Positions 1-10,692 of a stretch of DNA of 64,000 nucleotides are shown one piece after another. A model generated the notes under the pieces. That model was not told where the DNA came from, searched no databases, and was given only the letters and a program-made list of their open reading frames with translations. Source of the DNA: Candidatus Poribacteria bacterium (GTDB lineage: Bacteria > Poribacteria > WGA-4E > WGA-3G); NCBI GenBank assembly GCA_965198235.1, contig OZ240248.1, forward strand, positions 2,272,001-2,336,000. The letters run 5' to 3'. Numbering within the stretch: position 1 is the stretch's first letter; each line of letters opens with the position of its first letter. Position numbers and translations under genes: made by a program.

Positions 1-43
1 ACGATAGCAGCAGCCAACTGGCGATGGTAAGTTTTTGTATCAT
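1..43 (-). CDS. 5' end of a gene running off the window edge; probable signal peptide (MIQKLTIASWLLLS...)
   Basis: ATG at 43 preceded by an AAAGGAAA RBS; hydrophobic N-terminus; not in the ORF track because it is truncated. Confidence 0.55.
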   Translation of the reverse strand, partial: MIQKLTIASWLLLS

Positions 44-392
44 GGTTTTCCTTTTACATGGGTTACGGTTACAACTCGGTGCGCGGGAGTATGGCGTGAA
101 TCTCGTCTTCCTTGCCGAACTATGTGATATAATCATATCATACTTTACCGAAAAATGTAATTTTTTTCAAAAGGTGAGTTGGGCAGTTAAAACAGTGGAG
201 GTATTGAAGGGTTCTATCAAAAATTGCTGATTGCCAGATTGATTTCGTTTAAAGGCTTTGAGAGGCTGAAGCTACGGCAGATATAAACTCCATTTTTTTC
301 TTGCCACCTGCTCCCTTGTCTTGTATAATCATCATGTTTTTCTATGCTTCAGACTGAACCTACGACGAACCATCATTTAACAGGAGAGACTT

Positions 393-1193
393 ATGCACGT
401 TGGACTTATGGCAGGGACGATTCGGCGGGAAACGCTCGGCGAGACGCTGGACGCTATTGTGGAACACGATGTCCACCATTTACAATATCATGTGCCTGCA
501 GGACTGTCGCTTGCGGAGGTTCGCAAGGAGATGGACGACCGACAGATCACAATCTCGGCACTTGGAGGTACCTACAACATGATTGATCCCGACGTTGAGA
601 AACGACACGCCGGACTGCGGATGTTGCGTTCTGTTGCAGAGCAGTGTGCTCCGATGGGGACATCGGTGATTACGATCTGTACCGGCTCGCGGGACCCGGA
701 TAGTATGTGGCGCGCGCATCCTGATAATAATACACCAGAGGCATGGCGCGATCTCGTTGAATCCATGGGGCAGGCACTGGAGGTCGCCGAGGAATACGAG
801 GTGACGCTCGCACTTGAACCTGAAGTAGCGAACGTAGTCGATTCTGCACAGAAGGCGCGTCGTCTAATTGATGAGATGCAATCGCCCTATCTGAAGGTTT
901 GTATGGACGGAGCAAATATCTTCCACAAAGGTGAACTGCCGAAAATGCGCGAAATTCTTGATGAGGCGTTCGCACTGCTTGGGGACGATATTGCATTGGC
1001 ACACGCGAAGGACTTGGATCGCGACGGACAGGCGGGACATCTTGCTGCTGGGACGGGGTTGCTGGACTACGATCAGTATCTTGGTCTGCTAAAGGAAAGT
1101 GGCTATGACGGTGGAGTCGTGCTGCACGGGTTGTCGGAAGAACAGGTGCCTTATTGTACGGGGTTTTTGCGGGAGAAAATCGCTGCACTATAG
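393..1193 (+). CDS. Sugar phosphate isomerase/epimerase (xylose isomerase-like TIM barrel)
   Basis: LALEPE, MDGAN, HAKD and G-G-LDY motifs; GGAGAG RBS. Confidence 0.85.
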   Translation: MHVGLMAGTIRRETLGETLDAIVEHDVHHLQYHVPAGLSLAEVRKEMDDRQITISALGGTYNMIDPDVEKRHAGLRMLRSVAEQCAPMGTSVITICTGSRDPDSMWRAHPDNNTPEAWRDLVESMGQALEVAEEYEVTLALEPEVANVVDSAQKARRLIDEMQSPYLKVCMDGANIFHKGELPKMREILDEAFALLGDDIALAHAKDLDRDGQAGHLAAGTGLLDYDQYLGLLKESGYDGGVVLHGLSEEQVPYCTGFLREKIAAL

Positions 1194-1381
1194 GGGCTAT
1201 CAGCCATCAGTAGGCGTTGTCGACGCGGAAATGCCCTCAAAAAGGGACAACCGTCGTCGACGGAAACTGACGGGAACCGACTACCGAGAGTGGAGCGATA
1301 GCGGAACGCCCTCAGACTCTCCCACGCGCTTCAAAAGCTTTGTATCAGTAGGCGTGGGCGAGTCTGCGCCGACTGCCATTA

Positions 1382-3022
1382 TTAGATTTCTCCAGACATC
1401 CGTTCTGCCAACCGAGCGAGTGCCGGTGACGTGTCCAATTTCTCGAGTTCCGCCTCAATCAGGGTAAAGTGTTGCGTCTCAGCAAGTGCCTCTCTGATGG
1501 CTGCGTCAAACTCACCTTCGGTTCGGACGTAGAAGCCGCGTCCTGTGCCGAACAGTGTCGGTATGGCGCTATAGTTCCAACACCCTATGTCGTTAAAAGG
1601 ACCATCAAGAAGGTGTCGCTCCGTGCCGTACCCGTGATTATTTAAAACAAGAACAATCGGATTGAGTCCGTAGCGAGCAACTGTTGAGAGTTCAGTACCT
1701 GTCATTTGGAAGGCACCATCTCCGACGATAACAAGACACCGCGTGTGGGGCATACTCAGCTGCGCACCAACGGATGCTGGCACTGCAAACCCCATTGAGG
1801 TGTAGTAGGCAGGACTGATAAAGTTGGTGTGCTGATGGATCCGCAACTCTGCCGCCCCGAAAAGACTGTCGCCGACGTCGGCGATAACCGTCAGTTCATC
1901 GTTTATGAATTCATTCAGGTGTTGGAACAATCGGCAGGTTGTTAAAGGTTTGTTAGGCTCGACCCTAAACGATTCCGAATCTGGGAGTGCCCATCTCAAA
2001 TTTGGTTTCCGTCTTCTTCGGAGTTTTGGTGAATTGATACCGTCAATAAAATCGTCAAGCATTACCTCTTCGTAATTATGGTAACGGACTGTAATTTTTT
2101 CCGAAGTGGCGTAGATAGAGCGTGCGCGGTCGAGATTTGCGGTGTAAATCCCAAGGTTCACATCCGTCATGAACGCACCGAGGATAATCACACAATCCGA
2201 GTCTTCAACGAACTGTCGGACTTCCTTTCTCCCCATCGCACCTTCATAAATACCCAAGTAGAGCGGATGTGATTCCGGCATCACCGACTTTCCGAGGAGC
2301 GTTGCCACTACTGGAATACGTTTTTCTTCTACGAGTCTAAGGAGTTTGTTTTGATAGCCGAATCTATGGAGTTCTACACCCGCGAGAATGACAGGTCTTT
2401 TACTGTGATTAATGAAATCAAGGGCATCTTCAACGGCGGCATCCAATGTTTCCGGTTCGCTGAGATGTCCACCCGTTGACGGACGTTGGTAAAGCGTGCC
2501 GCGGACATCCACCATATCACGTGGGAGTTCAATGTATCCTGGACGTTTGTAGCGATAGACGGCATCAAGCACCCTGTCGATTTCATTGAAGGCAGTAAAG
2601 GGTTCATCGAGAAGGGCAGTTGCGACGGTGATCTCGTCATAAATTCGTTGCTGTGTGTGGAAATCCCTGACTTTATGGTGAAGGAGTGCATCTTTTCCAT
2701 GTTCTCTGATGCCCGGTGCACCACTAATAACAACAACGGGTGATTTCTCGGCGTAGGCACCCGCGACAGCGTTCACCATCGATAACCCACCGACGCAATA
2801 GGTGACACAAGCGGCACCCATGCCTTTTATCCGGGCGTATGCATCGGTTGCATAGCCTGCTGCGTCTTCACGGGTCATACCGATATGCTGAATTGAACTC
2901 TGCTCGATGAGGTTATAGAACCGCAGCACATAATCGCCGGGAACGCCGAAGATGTGTTCAATGTCGTAGCTCTCTAATTTTCTGAGTAGATATTCGCCGA
3001 TCGTTGGGGGTCTGTTGTACAT
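1382..3022 (-). CDS. Thiamine-diphosphate-dependent alpha-keto acid decarboxylase (indolepyruvate/pyruvate decarboxylase family)
   Basis: FGVPGDY, LLHH and GDGAFQMTG...LNNHGY ThDP-binding motifs. Confidence 0.92.
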   Translation of the reverse strand: MYNRPPTIGEYLLRKLESYDIEHIFGVPGDYVLRFYNLIEQSSIQHIGMTREDAAGYATDAYARIKGMGAACVTYCVGGLSMVNAVAGAYAEKSPVVVISGAPGIREHGKDALLHHKVRDFHTQQRIYDEITVATALLDEPFTAFNEIDRVLDAVYRYKRPGYIELPRDMVDVRGTLYQRPSTGGHLSEPETLDAAVEDALDFINHSKRPVILAGVELHRFGYQNKLLRLVEEKRIPVVATLLGKSVMPESHPLYLGIYEGAMGRKEVRQFVEDSDCVIILGAFMTDVNLGIYTANLDRARSIYATSEKITVRYHNYEEVMLDDFIDGINSPKLRRRRKPNLRWALPDSESFRVEPNKPLTTCRLFQHLNEFINDELTVIADVGDSLFGAAELRIHQHTNFISPAYYTSMGFAVPASVGAQLSMPHTRCLVIVGDGAFQMTGTELSTVARYGLNPIVLVLNNHGYGTERHLLDGPFNDIGCWNYSAIPTLFGTGRGFYVRTEGEFDAAIREALAETQHFTLIEAELEKLDTSPALARLAERMSGEI

Positions 3023-3049
3023 GGGGTTACCTCGCTGTGTGTTTGTCTA

Positions 3050-3333
3050 CTAAAAATTCTGGGTAGTAACAAGGGCAGCATAGGGAACTTGTCGGATATC
3101 TATGTTGAATTTCGGAGGTCTTGGCTTACCATTGGAATTTTTACCTTGATGGTACAAACTGCAACATTGACTCAACGTTTCGTTGTTCAGACAGATAAAG
3201 TAAATCTGCGATAAAACAAACCCCGTCTTACGTACCCTTTGATTTCCCTTTTTTTCCATCTGCTCTTTGCTATATTGGCTTATTTTCCCTTTTAGTTTGT
3301 CATGCTATTTTTTGAAAGTTCTGTCTTCGTCAT
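3050..3333 (-). pseudogene. Possible decayed gene directly downstream of the methyltransferase (restriction endonuclease remnant?)
   Basis: ATG at 3333, 8 nt after the MTase stop; frame breaks after about 8 codons, then an open frame HDKLKGKISQYSKEQMEKK...QGKNSNGKPRPPKFNI; AT-rich like the MTase. Confidence 0.35.
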
Positions 3334-3340
3334 GATAAAA

Positions 3341-4177
3341 TTATGCTTTCTCACTGAATAGATCCCATACAGGTTCTTCTTCTGTTTTCTGAATTAAGTA
3401 TTTCTCCGACTCAAGTCGGTCAAGTGCGAATTCATAATACGCTGGCACAATCTCAAAGCCTATATAATGCCGCCCCTTCATTTTGCTGACGATAGCAACC
3501 TGTCCAGAACCTAAAAATGGATCCAAAACGACATCCCCTTTTTGGCTGGAATAATCGAGGATTTTATCAATGAGTTCAGCCGGCAATTTCGTTGGCGTTT
3601 TGACTGCACCTTGCCAATATTCTCTCTTAATTTCCCAGACATCCTCTTTATCTTTGTAGTGCGCCGATCCACCGTTTTCAGTCTTTGCATTCTTATCAAA
3701 TCGGCGATAGGGATAAAACTTTCGTTTCTTATCGTTTTTGCACAGGAAAAGACAATGGTAGTGGGAGGTTACGTACTTACGCTTGGTAACAACCCCAAAC
3801 TGGTATTTCCAAATTAGGTGATTGACTGTAGTAAGTTGACACTGGTCGATTGCTATCAGAAGGTCTTTTAGATAGTTCCATCCGGAAAAGATGTACATAC
3901 TACCAGAGTCCTTTAGGACTCTCGTTACCCCTGAAAGCCAGTCAAGTGTAAAAGCAAGATAGTCGCTTCCTTCGATTTCGTTGTAACCTTGAAGGACTCG
4001 GTTCCCTTTTCGATTGTAATTGTGACGAGTCGCTTTGAAGTCAATGGCAAACGGCGGATCTGTTACGACGAGGTCGACACATTCCGCTGGCATTTCAGAC
4101 ATCAACTCAATGCAGTCGCCCTGTTTGATAGTATCAATATACTCAGAATCTTTCATTTCCTTCTCTTTTTTCTCCAA
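3341..4177 (-). CDS. Site-specific DNA methyltransferase (N4-C/N6-A, beta class)
   Basis: Catalytic TDPPF precedes SAM-binding DPFLGSG; PTKLP motif. Confidence 0.92.
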   Translation of the reverse strand: MEKKEKEMKDSEYIDTIKQGDCIELMSEMPAECVDLVVTDPPFAIDFKATRHNYNRKGNRVLQGYNEIEGSDYLAFTLDWLSGVTRVLKDSGSMYIFSGWNYLKDLLIAIDQCQLTTVNHLIWKYQFGVVTKRKYVTSHYHCLFLCKNDKKRKFYPYRRFDKNAKTENGGSAHYKDKEDVWEIKREYWQGAVKTPTKLPAELIDKILDYSSQKGDVVLDPFLGSGQVAIVSKMKGRHYIGFEIVPAYYEFALDRLESEKYLIQKTEEEPVWDLFSEKA

Positions 4178-4253
4178 AGTTCGGTGTTCATGTCACGAGA
4201 TATTGCACAGTATAATTCAAGTGTGCCACAGAGGAATCTCACCGAATCCGAAT

Positions 4254-5219
4254 CTACGTTGCCGTTAAGATTTCAAGGAATGCTGTCATATACCCGATAG
4301 CATAGGCACGACCCCGGTGTCCCCAGTCTGTGTCATCAACCACGTGTGGAACATGGTCAGTAATCATGAAGCCTGTAAAGCCAACCTCTTTCAGCGTGCG
4401 CATCACCTCAAACATATCACAATTGCCGTTGTTAACAAAGGATTCGGCAAATTTTGGGACATGTCCTTGGACATCTCGGAAATGGACGTAGAAAATCTTG
4501 TCGCGTTCTCCGAAGTAACGGATCGCGTCCGGGACACCGGGTCCCATTTCGGACCATGAACCGACACAGAAATCGAGCCCATGTATTGGACTATCGGCAA
4601 TTTCCATCCCGCGTTTGAAGCCCTCAAAGTTACGGAACAGGCGCGGCACACCCGCGAGGGATTCCACAGGCGGATCATCTGGGTGGAGCGCGAGTTTAAC
4701 GCCAGCCTCTTCTGCGACAGGCAGGATGGCGTTCATGTAGTACTCATAATTTTCCCATATTTCGTCTTCGGTGTAAACACGATCGTGCGATAATGGAGCG
4801 TCCTTGACCTGTTCCATGTCAAAACTGGTAACAGCAGCACCGCCTCTCCCCGGTGTGGTTCGGGAGGTTCGCCAGACCTCGTTGGGCATCCAGTGGTACC
4901 CGAAAATTTCAACGCCAGCCTTCCCAAGGTTGCGGATCGTCGTTGCCATGTTTTCAATTTGGGCATCTCGTCCGGGCAAACCGAGCATCGCTTTGTCGTA
5001 AAATGAGACAGGCACATTCTCAAGTGCCGCTAACCGTAACCCAGCGTTTTCTACCTCTGTCCGGAGTTGAAGGATGTCCATAAATTCCCAGCGTTCTGTG
5101 CCGGGGAGTTGTGGTGTGTTCAGCAGCACATCTTCGACCCCAAGTTGCTTGATGAATTTCAACCGTTCTTCACTGAGTTCGCTGAACTGACCTAAGCCGA
5201 GACGCATTTTCCGTGCCAT
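4254..5219 (-). CDS. uxuA: Mannonate dehydratase
   Basis: LHPDDPP, GLDFCVGS, VHFRDV and DHVP motifs; start moved to ATG 5219 behind an AGGAGAG RBS. Confidence 0.88.
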   Translation of the reverse strand: MARKMRLGLGQFSELSEERLKFIKQLGVEDVLLNTPQLPGTERWEFMDILQLRTEVENAGLRLAALENVPVSFYDKAMLGLPGRDAQIENMATTIRNLGKAGVEIFGYHWMPNEVWRTSRTTPGRGGAAVTSFDMEQVKDAPLSHDRVYTEDEIWENYEYYMNAILPVAEEAGVKLALHPDDPPVESLAGVPRLFRNFEGFKRGMEIADSPIHGLDFCVGSWSEMGPGVPDAIRYFGERDKIFYVHFRDVQGHVPKFAESFVNNGNCDMFEVMRTLKEVGFTGFMITDHVPHVVDDTDWGHRGRAYAIGYMTAFLEILTAT

Positions 5220-5238
5220 GATTCTCTCCTTCGCGGGT

Positions 5239-5688
5239 TCAAAATTGTTTGTCGCTATCCAGTAGAATGGTGACGGGACCGTCGTTGATGAGTTGGACAT
5301 CCATCATTGCTTGAAAGGTACCGCCTTGCGTCGGGACGTTTTGCTTTTCTAAAGCAGTGATGAACTGTTCATAAAGCGCGTTCGCGACTTCGGGACGGGC
5401 GGCGTTAATAAAACTGGGTCGTCGTCCTTTACGGCAATCCCCGTAGAGGGTGAATTGCGAGACAACAAGTGCAGCCCCTCCCGTTTCAAGAAGCGAACAA
5501 TTCATTTTACCCTCTGCGTCCTCGAAGATACGCAGGTTGGCGACTTTGTTGGCGATGTATTCTAACGCTGTTGTCGTATCGTCATGAGCAACGCCGAGGA
5601 AAATGAGCACTCCTGCTCCGATTTCTGAAACGAGTTCGCCGTCTACCTTAACACTCGCTGATTTGACGCGTTGAACAACTGCTCGCAT
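5239..5688 (-). CDS. dtd: D-aminoacyl-tRNA deacylase
   Basis: [19 protein letters not shown] and NDGPVT motifs. Confidence 0.97.
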   Translation of the reverse strand: MRAVVQRVKSASVKVDGELVSEIGAGVLIFLGVAHDDTTTALEYIANKVANLRIFEDAEGKMNCSLLETGGAALVVSQFTLYGDCRKGRRPSFINAARPEVANALYEQFITALEKQNVPTQGGTFQAMMDVQLINDGPVTILLDSDKQF

Positions 5689-5712
5689 CCGTAGTTCCTC
5701 CGATTTTCTCTC

Positions 5713-6732
5713 CTAAAAGAGTAAATTCTCGCCCTCAAGCCCTTGTGTATCCTCACCGCCGAATGTTAAGTTAAACTGGAATCCGGGCTGGCTGTTGAAT
5801 CCGAGTTGGAATGCGAGCGTGTTCGATATTTCATAGCGGAATCCGATCCCGATGAGGTTTGTCACGTGGATGCCGGCATACGGGAGTTCGCGCGAGAAGT
5901 CGGCTATCAACCACATGTTGTCTGAGACAGCGATCTCACCGCCTACTTGCCAATTGAGTGTAAAAAAGTCAGTCGTTTTGAGTGCCTTTGATGTCAGGAA
6001 GACTCCGACACCGGCGTGGAGTTTAAAGAGGCTGCCGAATCTCTGTGTGCCGACGAGATAGGTATTGATTCCGAGAAACGGAAACCCATCAGCAGGGCTG
6101 TGGTCGAGAAATTCCTTGTCCGAGTTGAGCCGATCATCGGCGGTGAATCCGAACTGGGCGTCACCACCGACAGAGATACTGGGGAAATTATCATTCCGAT
6201 CCGGTTTGATGTTATACTTGAGTCCAATACTGCCGTCAAATAACGGTTGGTCATAGACACGGCGATTGATGTTTGGATCGTCAGCGGTCTCGGTGGCGGT
6301 ATTGTAGAAATCGTGGACGACTTTTCGCACGCCGCCTGTCGAAAATGTGCCACCGAGCACGAGGTCGAGTTCGTCGCTTAAACCGTAAGCGAATTTGACA
6401 GGGACAAGGAAGGTCTCAATCTGAAACGTTACGCGATGGGATTCCTCAAACCCACCGATGTCGACCTTCTGGCTGAGGTCGGGTAGCAGGTCCACTTTAG
6501 AGTATTGAAATAGTCCGAACGTGGTACTTGAACCTCCCTTACCCACCGGCTCCGCAGTTTGAATAGTGCTGAGATGCGAAATGGGAGGTAATTGCGCCCA
6601 TAGGGGTGTTGCTATGCCCATGAGAAGAAGTAAAGTCGAAATAGTGCGAATGAAGGCTTGCGTGTTGTGCGCTCTCTTTTTCGGGACGTAGCTGGTAAGC
6701 CCGAAATTTGCTTTAGAAAAGTTAGCGTGCAT
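5713..6732 (-). CDS. Exported protein, probable outer-membrane beta-barrel
   Basis: Signal-peptide-like segment; alternating amphipathic strands (GIGFRYEIS, FQLGF); ATG 6732 behind AAAGGA. Confidence 0.6.
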   Translation of the reverse strand: MHANFSKANFGLTSYVPKKRAHNTQAFIRTISTLLLLMGIATPLWAQLPPISHLSTIQTAEPVGKGGSSTTFGLFQYSKVDLLPDLSQKVDIGGFEESHRVTFQIETFLVPVKFAYGLSDELDLVLGGTFSTGGVRKVVHDFYNTATETADDPNINRRVYDQPLFDGSIGLKYNIKPDRNDNFPSISVGGDAQFGFTADDRLNSDKEFLDHSPADGFPFLGINTYLVGTQRFGSLFKLHAGVGVFLTSKALKTTDFFTLNWQVGGEIAVSDNMWLIADFSRELPYAGIHVTNLIGIGFRYEISNTLAFQLGFNSQPGFQFNLTFGGEDTQGLEGENLLF

Positions 6733-6769
6733 GGATTTATCCTTTGGTATTATATTGTTATTCAGGCAG

Positions 6770-7882
6770 TTACTTTGCCTCCACGAGCGCGCTTTCGTCG
6801 CGTCGTCCGTCAGGTCCAGGTGTGTTGTCAAAAGCGGTTATGTAGTAACGCTTAAACTCGAGTGACTGTCCGACGAGAATCGGGTCTTCACCGGGGATAG
6901 TGAAGGTGCGATCCTTGGGACCGACTGCTGGACGAGGGAGGAGTTTTCCAGCCGCGTCTCTGGTATAGAGTTGGTACCCAGCGAGATCCGGTTCGGTGTT
7001 GGGTATCCATGAGATAACCGCATCGTATTTTGTATTAAAAAGGGAACGCGGTAGGTAACGGACCCGAACGTTTTTTGGAGGCGCGGGCGGTACATTTGGC
7101 ACTGCTGCAGTGATCGTCGTGATTGCCTCTGCGCCGAATTCATCAACGCCAGCGACGCGGTAGACTTTTCGGGTGCCATCGACTTGGAAATTGTGGTCGA
7201 AATAATAGAGTCGATCTCGCTTCGGCTCGGCAATTAACTCGAAACGTAGCGGTTTGTCATCTTCGGTGTCGAGTGCGGCGTAGACGCGGAAGATAGAAAA
7301 ATCGTAAGGAAATTCATAGCCGTCCCAAAAGAGTTTGATGGTGAGGTCGGTCGGATCGCCGAGTGTTACGTTCGGGGCAGGTGGTGGCACGCTTGGAGTC
7401 GCCAAAGCAGTTTTCCAGATGCGGCGTGGGTCTTCACCTTCAGCAGGCGGATTTGCTGGGTCCGGCGTTTCAACACCGTTGACATCAACATAAGTGATGC
7501 GGTATTCGTAGGCGAGAAGTCGCCCAGACGCATCGCGTCGATCGTTTTCAAGATTCTGGGTGTCAATGAATTCGTTTGCGGGGGCATCGACAGATCCGAC
7601 TTGCTGAAATTCCGTGTCTGCGCCACCTGTAGAACGTCTGTAAACATAGTATGCTTTGATACCGTCCTGTCCGGTGTCGTTCCACGTGACCCGCACCTGT
7701 TGATCGCCTGCATAAAGCGTGAGACCGTCAGGAGCGCCGGATGTCCGCAGGTTCTCGGGGTCGAGTGGGTTCGCAAAGTCTTCGTTACTCGTGCAAGCAT
7801 TAAAGAAAACGAACGCAAGCAACATAGGAAGGCTTAGCACAACAATAATCTTACTGGTGGATAGCCTGCCGAATGGACGCAT
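6770..7882 (-). CDS. Lipoprotein with fibronectin type III-like repeats
   Basis: Lipobox FNAC; three FN3-like units (P..L...W.....Y.VYR). Confidence 0.75.
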   Translation of the reverse strand: MRPFGRLSTSKIIVVLSLPMLLAFVFFNACTSNEDFANPLDPENLRTSGAPDGLTLYAGDQQVRVTWNDTGQDGIKAYYVYRRSTGGADTEFQQVGSVDAPANEFIDTQNLENDRRDASGRLLAYEYRITYVDVNGVETPDPANPPAEGEDPRRIWKTALATPSVPPPAPNVTLGDPTDLTIKLFWDGYEFPYDFSIFRVYAALDTEDDKPLRFELIAEPKRDRLYYFDHNFQVDGTRKVYRVAGVDEFGAEAITTITAAVPNVPPAPPKNVRVRYLPRSLFNTKYDAVISWIPNTEPDLAGYQLYTRDAAGKLLPRPAVGPKDRTFTIPGEDPILVGQSLEFKRYYITAFDNTPGPDGRRDESALVEAK

Positions 7883-8035
7883 AACTTTTCCTCCTTTTTA
7901 ATTTATGGGCTCCTGGGCTGCGCTCCACTACGTTCCGCGCAGGTTTTGGGTTATCCCATACGGATTTTTTAATGCGGCGTTTTTAAGGTGAGATTGTTTT
8001 TAAACGAAAACCTCTTAACTGAAAGTTGATAACTA

Positions 8036-8578
8036 CTAAAAAAAGTGCAGAAGGCTTAGACTCGCGCACCGAGTCTGGAAGTCGTAGTGCGGATGCAACT
8101 GAAACGAAGTCCTTGGAAGTAGCAGACTCGTGTTTTCGGAGAAGCGATTTGTGAAACCGCTAAGGCGTGTTAGTGGGATCTCAATATCAGTTTGCCAGTT
8201 TTCCGCTGAAGATGCTGAATCCTCTACAAGTTCCGGCGTATCAAGCTGACTATAGATTGAGAAAAGCACAGCAAGTCCCACAAATCCAAGACCCACACGG
8301 GACATAATAGTGCTGGCATTCCGCCTGACAAGGAAAGCGTCTTTGTGTGTTTGGATGTCTGTTTGAATTGCAGCGTTGAGATAGGTATCGTAATGGTTCT
8401 GAGCAGAGGCTTTGAAGAAGCTGCTCCCGAACTGGAGACTCATGCCTGAAGCAAAAAGCGCAATTGGTAGAACGCGCGAGCGGCGCGCAGCATCGGCGTG
8501 CTGACTCGTTAAGATGAAAATGAGGACACAACTGAACGCAAATGCCATGTATCTCTGAGTGGTGCTATAACGTTTCAT
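8036..8578 (-). CDS. Hypothetical exported/membrane protein
   Basis: Signal peptide plus hydrophobic helices; AAAGGA RBS. Confidence 0.6.
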   Translation of the reverse strand: MKRYSTTQRYMAFAFSCVLIFILTSQHADAARRSRVLPIALFASGMSLQFGSSFFKASAQNHYDTYLNAAIQTDIQTHKDAFLVRRNASTIMSRVGLGFVGLAVLFSIYSQLDTPELVEDSASSAENWQTDIEIPLTRLSGFTNRFSENTSLLLPRTSFQLHPHYDFQTRCASLSLLHFF

Positions 8579-8806
8579 GTCAAATTTGTTCCTTTGTTGA
8601 GAAATGCATTTCTATAAAGTTTATCCTATTTTTTCTCGGAAGTCAATGATTTTTGTCATGATATGGAAATCGCGGTTTGAGGGGTGCTCTTACCGGAATG
8701 GTAAGGTCTACAGATTCGCAAATCTGACGATACTTTCACAGTTTTCATAGCAAAACCGAGAAATCTCTTTTTCCAGTTTACGTCAAAATGAAACTGAAGA
8801 ATTCTA

Positions 8807-8835
8807 TTGACATTTGGCAAAATGCATAGTAAAAT
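8807..8835 (+). promoter_or_regulatory. sigma70-type promoter
   Basis: TTGACA-17 bp-TAAAAT. Confidence 0.65.
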
Positions 8836-8946
8836 TAAAGAAAACCTTTTGAAATCGGGATTGTCTTAATCACAAATAGAGGTCTACGAACTATCAAGCA
8901 CGTATGCACGGTTTCCAAGCGCACAACGGGGGAGAATTAAATAAAA

Positions 8947-9789
8947 TTGAAAATCGTTAACAATCGAAAAAGCATCATTGTGAGGTTAGGAATCGGTTGT
9001 GTCGTATATTTACTCCTCGGGTTTGGGATATTGCTTTACGCACAAGACAAAACGAAAGTGGAGTTTATTGCTACAAAACCGGAGATAAGCCAGGTCAAAA
9101 AGGCAGAAATGGACTCGGCTAAAACACAAGCAATGATAAAGATGAAGGAGCAAACCGCAGCACAAGCCAATAGGTTCCGTGGACACCAAAATCGAGACGG
9201 AATTGACTTCGGGGAAAATGCAGCGTTCTACAAAGTGATTATTGACAACAATCTCTTTCGCCCGCTTGGGTGGACCCCTCCAAATAACGAACCCGCCTAT
9301 AGTTTAATCGGTACTGCCGTTGGTGCCGGCGGTGCCGTGTCGCAGGCGACGCTGCTCGAGAAAAGATCTAATCGGTATCACTTTGTGACGATAGGGACGA
9401 AACTCGGCGATATGACAGTAAAGGACATTCAAGCCAAACAGATAATCTTAGACAAAGCCGGAAAACCAATCACACTGAAGACAGGGGAACTACAGTTTCT
9501 GACTACCAGTCGAGGACGCGATGGCGGCGGAGGTGGACAGGGCAGCGAAGGTCAGTCCGAAAAAGAGGGAAATAATTCGGCGAAAAACCAAGCCGGTGCT
9601 AAAATGGACGCTGAAAAGCGTAGACAGATGGAAATGCAAAAGCAGGCTGCAGCGTTCGGGATAAAACCCGGGGAACTGGCAGAAAAACTTAAGGATGCAT
9701 CCCCGGAGGAACGTCAAGAAATAATGCGGGAAATTCGCAGGCGAGCGGGCAACAGAAGGGAACGAGGAAATCGCGGCAGACGGGATTGA
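8947..9789 (+). CDS. Membrane-anchored protein with a GspC/PilP-like domain and low-complexity tail
   Basis: N-terminal TM; NLFRP...LIGT...G..V..I....I.L pattern typical of the GspC HR domain; Gly/Arg-rich C-terminus. Confidence 0.55.
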   Translation: MKIVNNRKSIIVRLGIGCVVYLLLGFGILLYAQDKTKVEFIATKPEISQVKKAEMDSAKTQAMIKMKEQTAAQANRFRGHQNRDGIDFGENAAFYKVIIDNNLFRPLGWTPPNNEPAYSLIGTAVGAGGAVSQATLLEKRSNRYHFVTIGTKLGDMTVKDIQAKQIILDKAGKPITLKTGELQFLTTSRGRDGGGGGQGSEGQSEKEGNNSAKNQAGAKMDAEKRRQMEMQKQAAAFGIKPGELAEKLKDASPEERQEIMREIRRRAGNRRERGNRGRRD

Positions 9790-9835
9790 AAAGAAGCATA
9801 GGATATTCGATTCGTTCAGGAATTACGTAGATTTG

Positions 9836-9860
9836 GAGGCGCGGTTTACGACCGCGCCTC
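9836..9860. terminator. Perfect hairpin between convergent genes (terminator or REP)
   Basis: GAGGCGCGGT-ttacg-ACCGCGCCTC. Confidence 0.6.
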
Positions 9861-9873
9861 TTGGTTTTGCTAA

Positions 9874-10692
9874 CTACGCTGCGTCTTGGGCGTTCTCTGG
9901 CATGTTTTCAAGTCGGGAGAGCCAGTAGCCAATGTCAAACGAGTCATCGCCGATGAGGAAGCGCCATTGCTTGATACGGTTGACGATTTCAAGCCTCACA
10001 TCGTTCCCATACCATTTGTGATTTCTGCCTAAAGCACCGTGGATCCCCGGTGTGTCAATATCATCTGTGTTCCAGAGTTGACACTGACGTACCGTCGGGT
10101 TGAGGCGGAGCTTGAACATGTAGCGCGTGCGGTCTGTGAGATTCGGTTGCGCGCAGTGCCACATCCCGTGATGCACGACGAAAAGCGTACCTGCGTTGCA
10201 GACGACGGGCAACTGTCCGAGGAAGTTTTGATAACGCGCGATGTCCGTTTCACAGACACGGCGATAATGGCTTCCCGGTAAAATCATTGTCCCTCCCATT
10301 TCACGCGGCGTATCGTGCGAGAAATAGAAGAATTGGATGTCAAAATGCATCCGTAGGTCAATGATCGCGTCGGCATGCCAAATTTGCCCTATATTGTTTT
10401 GAGGGCGGACGATATGAACAGCGTGATGGTCGTAGAGCGGATTTTCACCGACCAGACTGTGGATGATGCCCTGTACTTCCGGAAGTCGGAAGACTTTGCC
10501 AACAGCAGATTCATCGTCCCAGACCTCGTCTAAAACCGTGCCGCCGCGTCCACGCACAATAATACCCTCCTCCATTTCGGCGTGTGCGGCTTCGTTCAAT
10601 TCGCGGGGAATTAGTTCGTCGAAGCGAAGGTAACCGTCCGCAACGAAGTTCGCCATCTGTTCCGTATTGAGCAAATACTTTTTGTCAATCAT
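9874..10692 (-). CDS. Phytanoyl-CoA dioxygenase (PhyH) family Fe(II)/2-oxoglutarate oxygenase
   Basis: WHAD, GGTMILPGSH and distal WHCA..N...R motifs. Confidence 0.88.
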   Translation of the reverse strand: MIDKKYLLNTEQMANFVADGYLRFDELIPRELNEAAHAEMEEGIIVRGRGGTVLDEVWDDESAVGKVFRLPEVQGIIHSLVGENPLYDHHAVHIVRPQNNIGQIWHADAIIDLRMHFDIQFFYFSHDTPREMGGTMILPGSHYRRVCETDIARYQNFLGQLPVVCNAGTLFVVHHGMWHCAQPNLTDRTRYMFKLRLNPTVRQCQLWNTDDIDTPGIHGALGRNHKWYGNDVRLEIVNRIKQWRFLIGDDSFDIGYWLSRLENMPENAQDAA

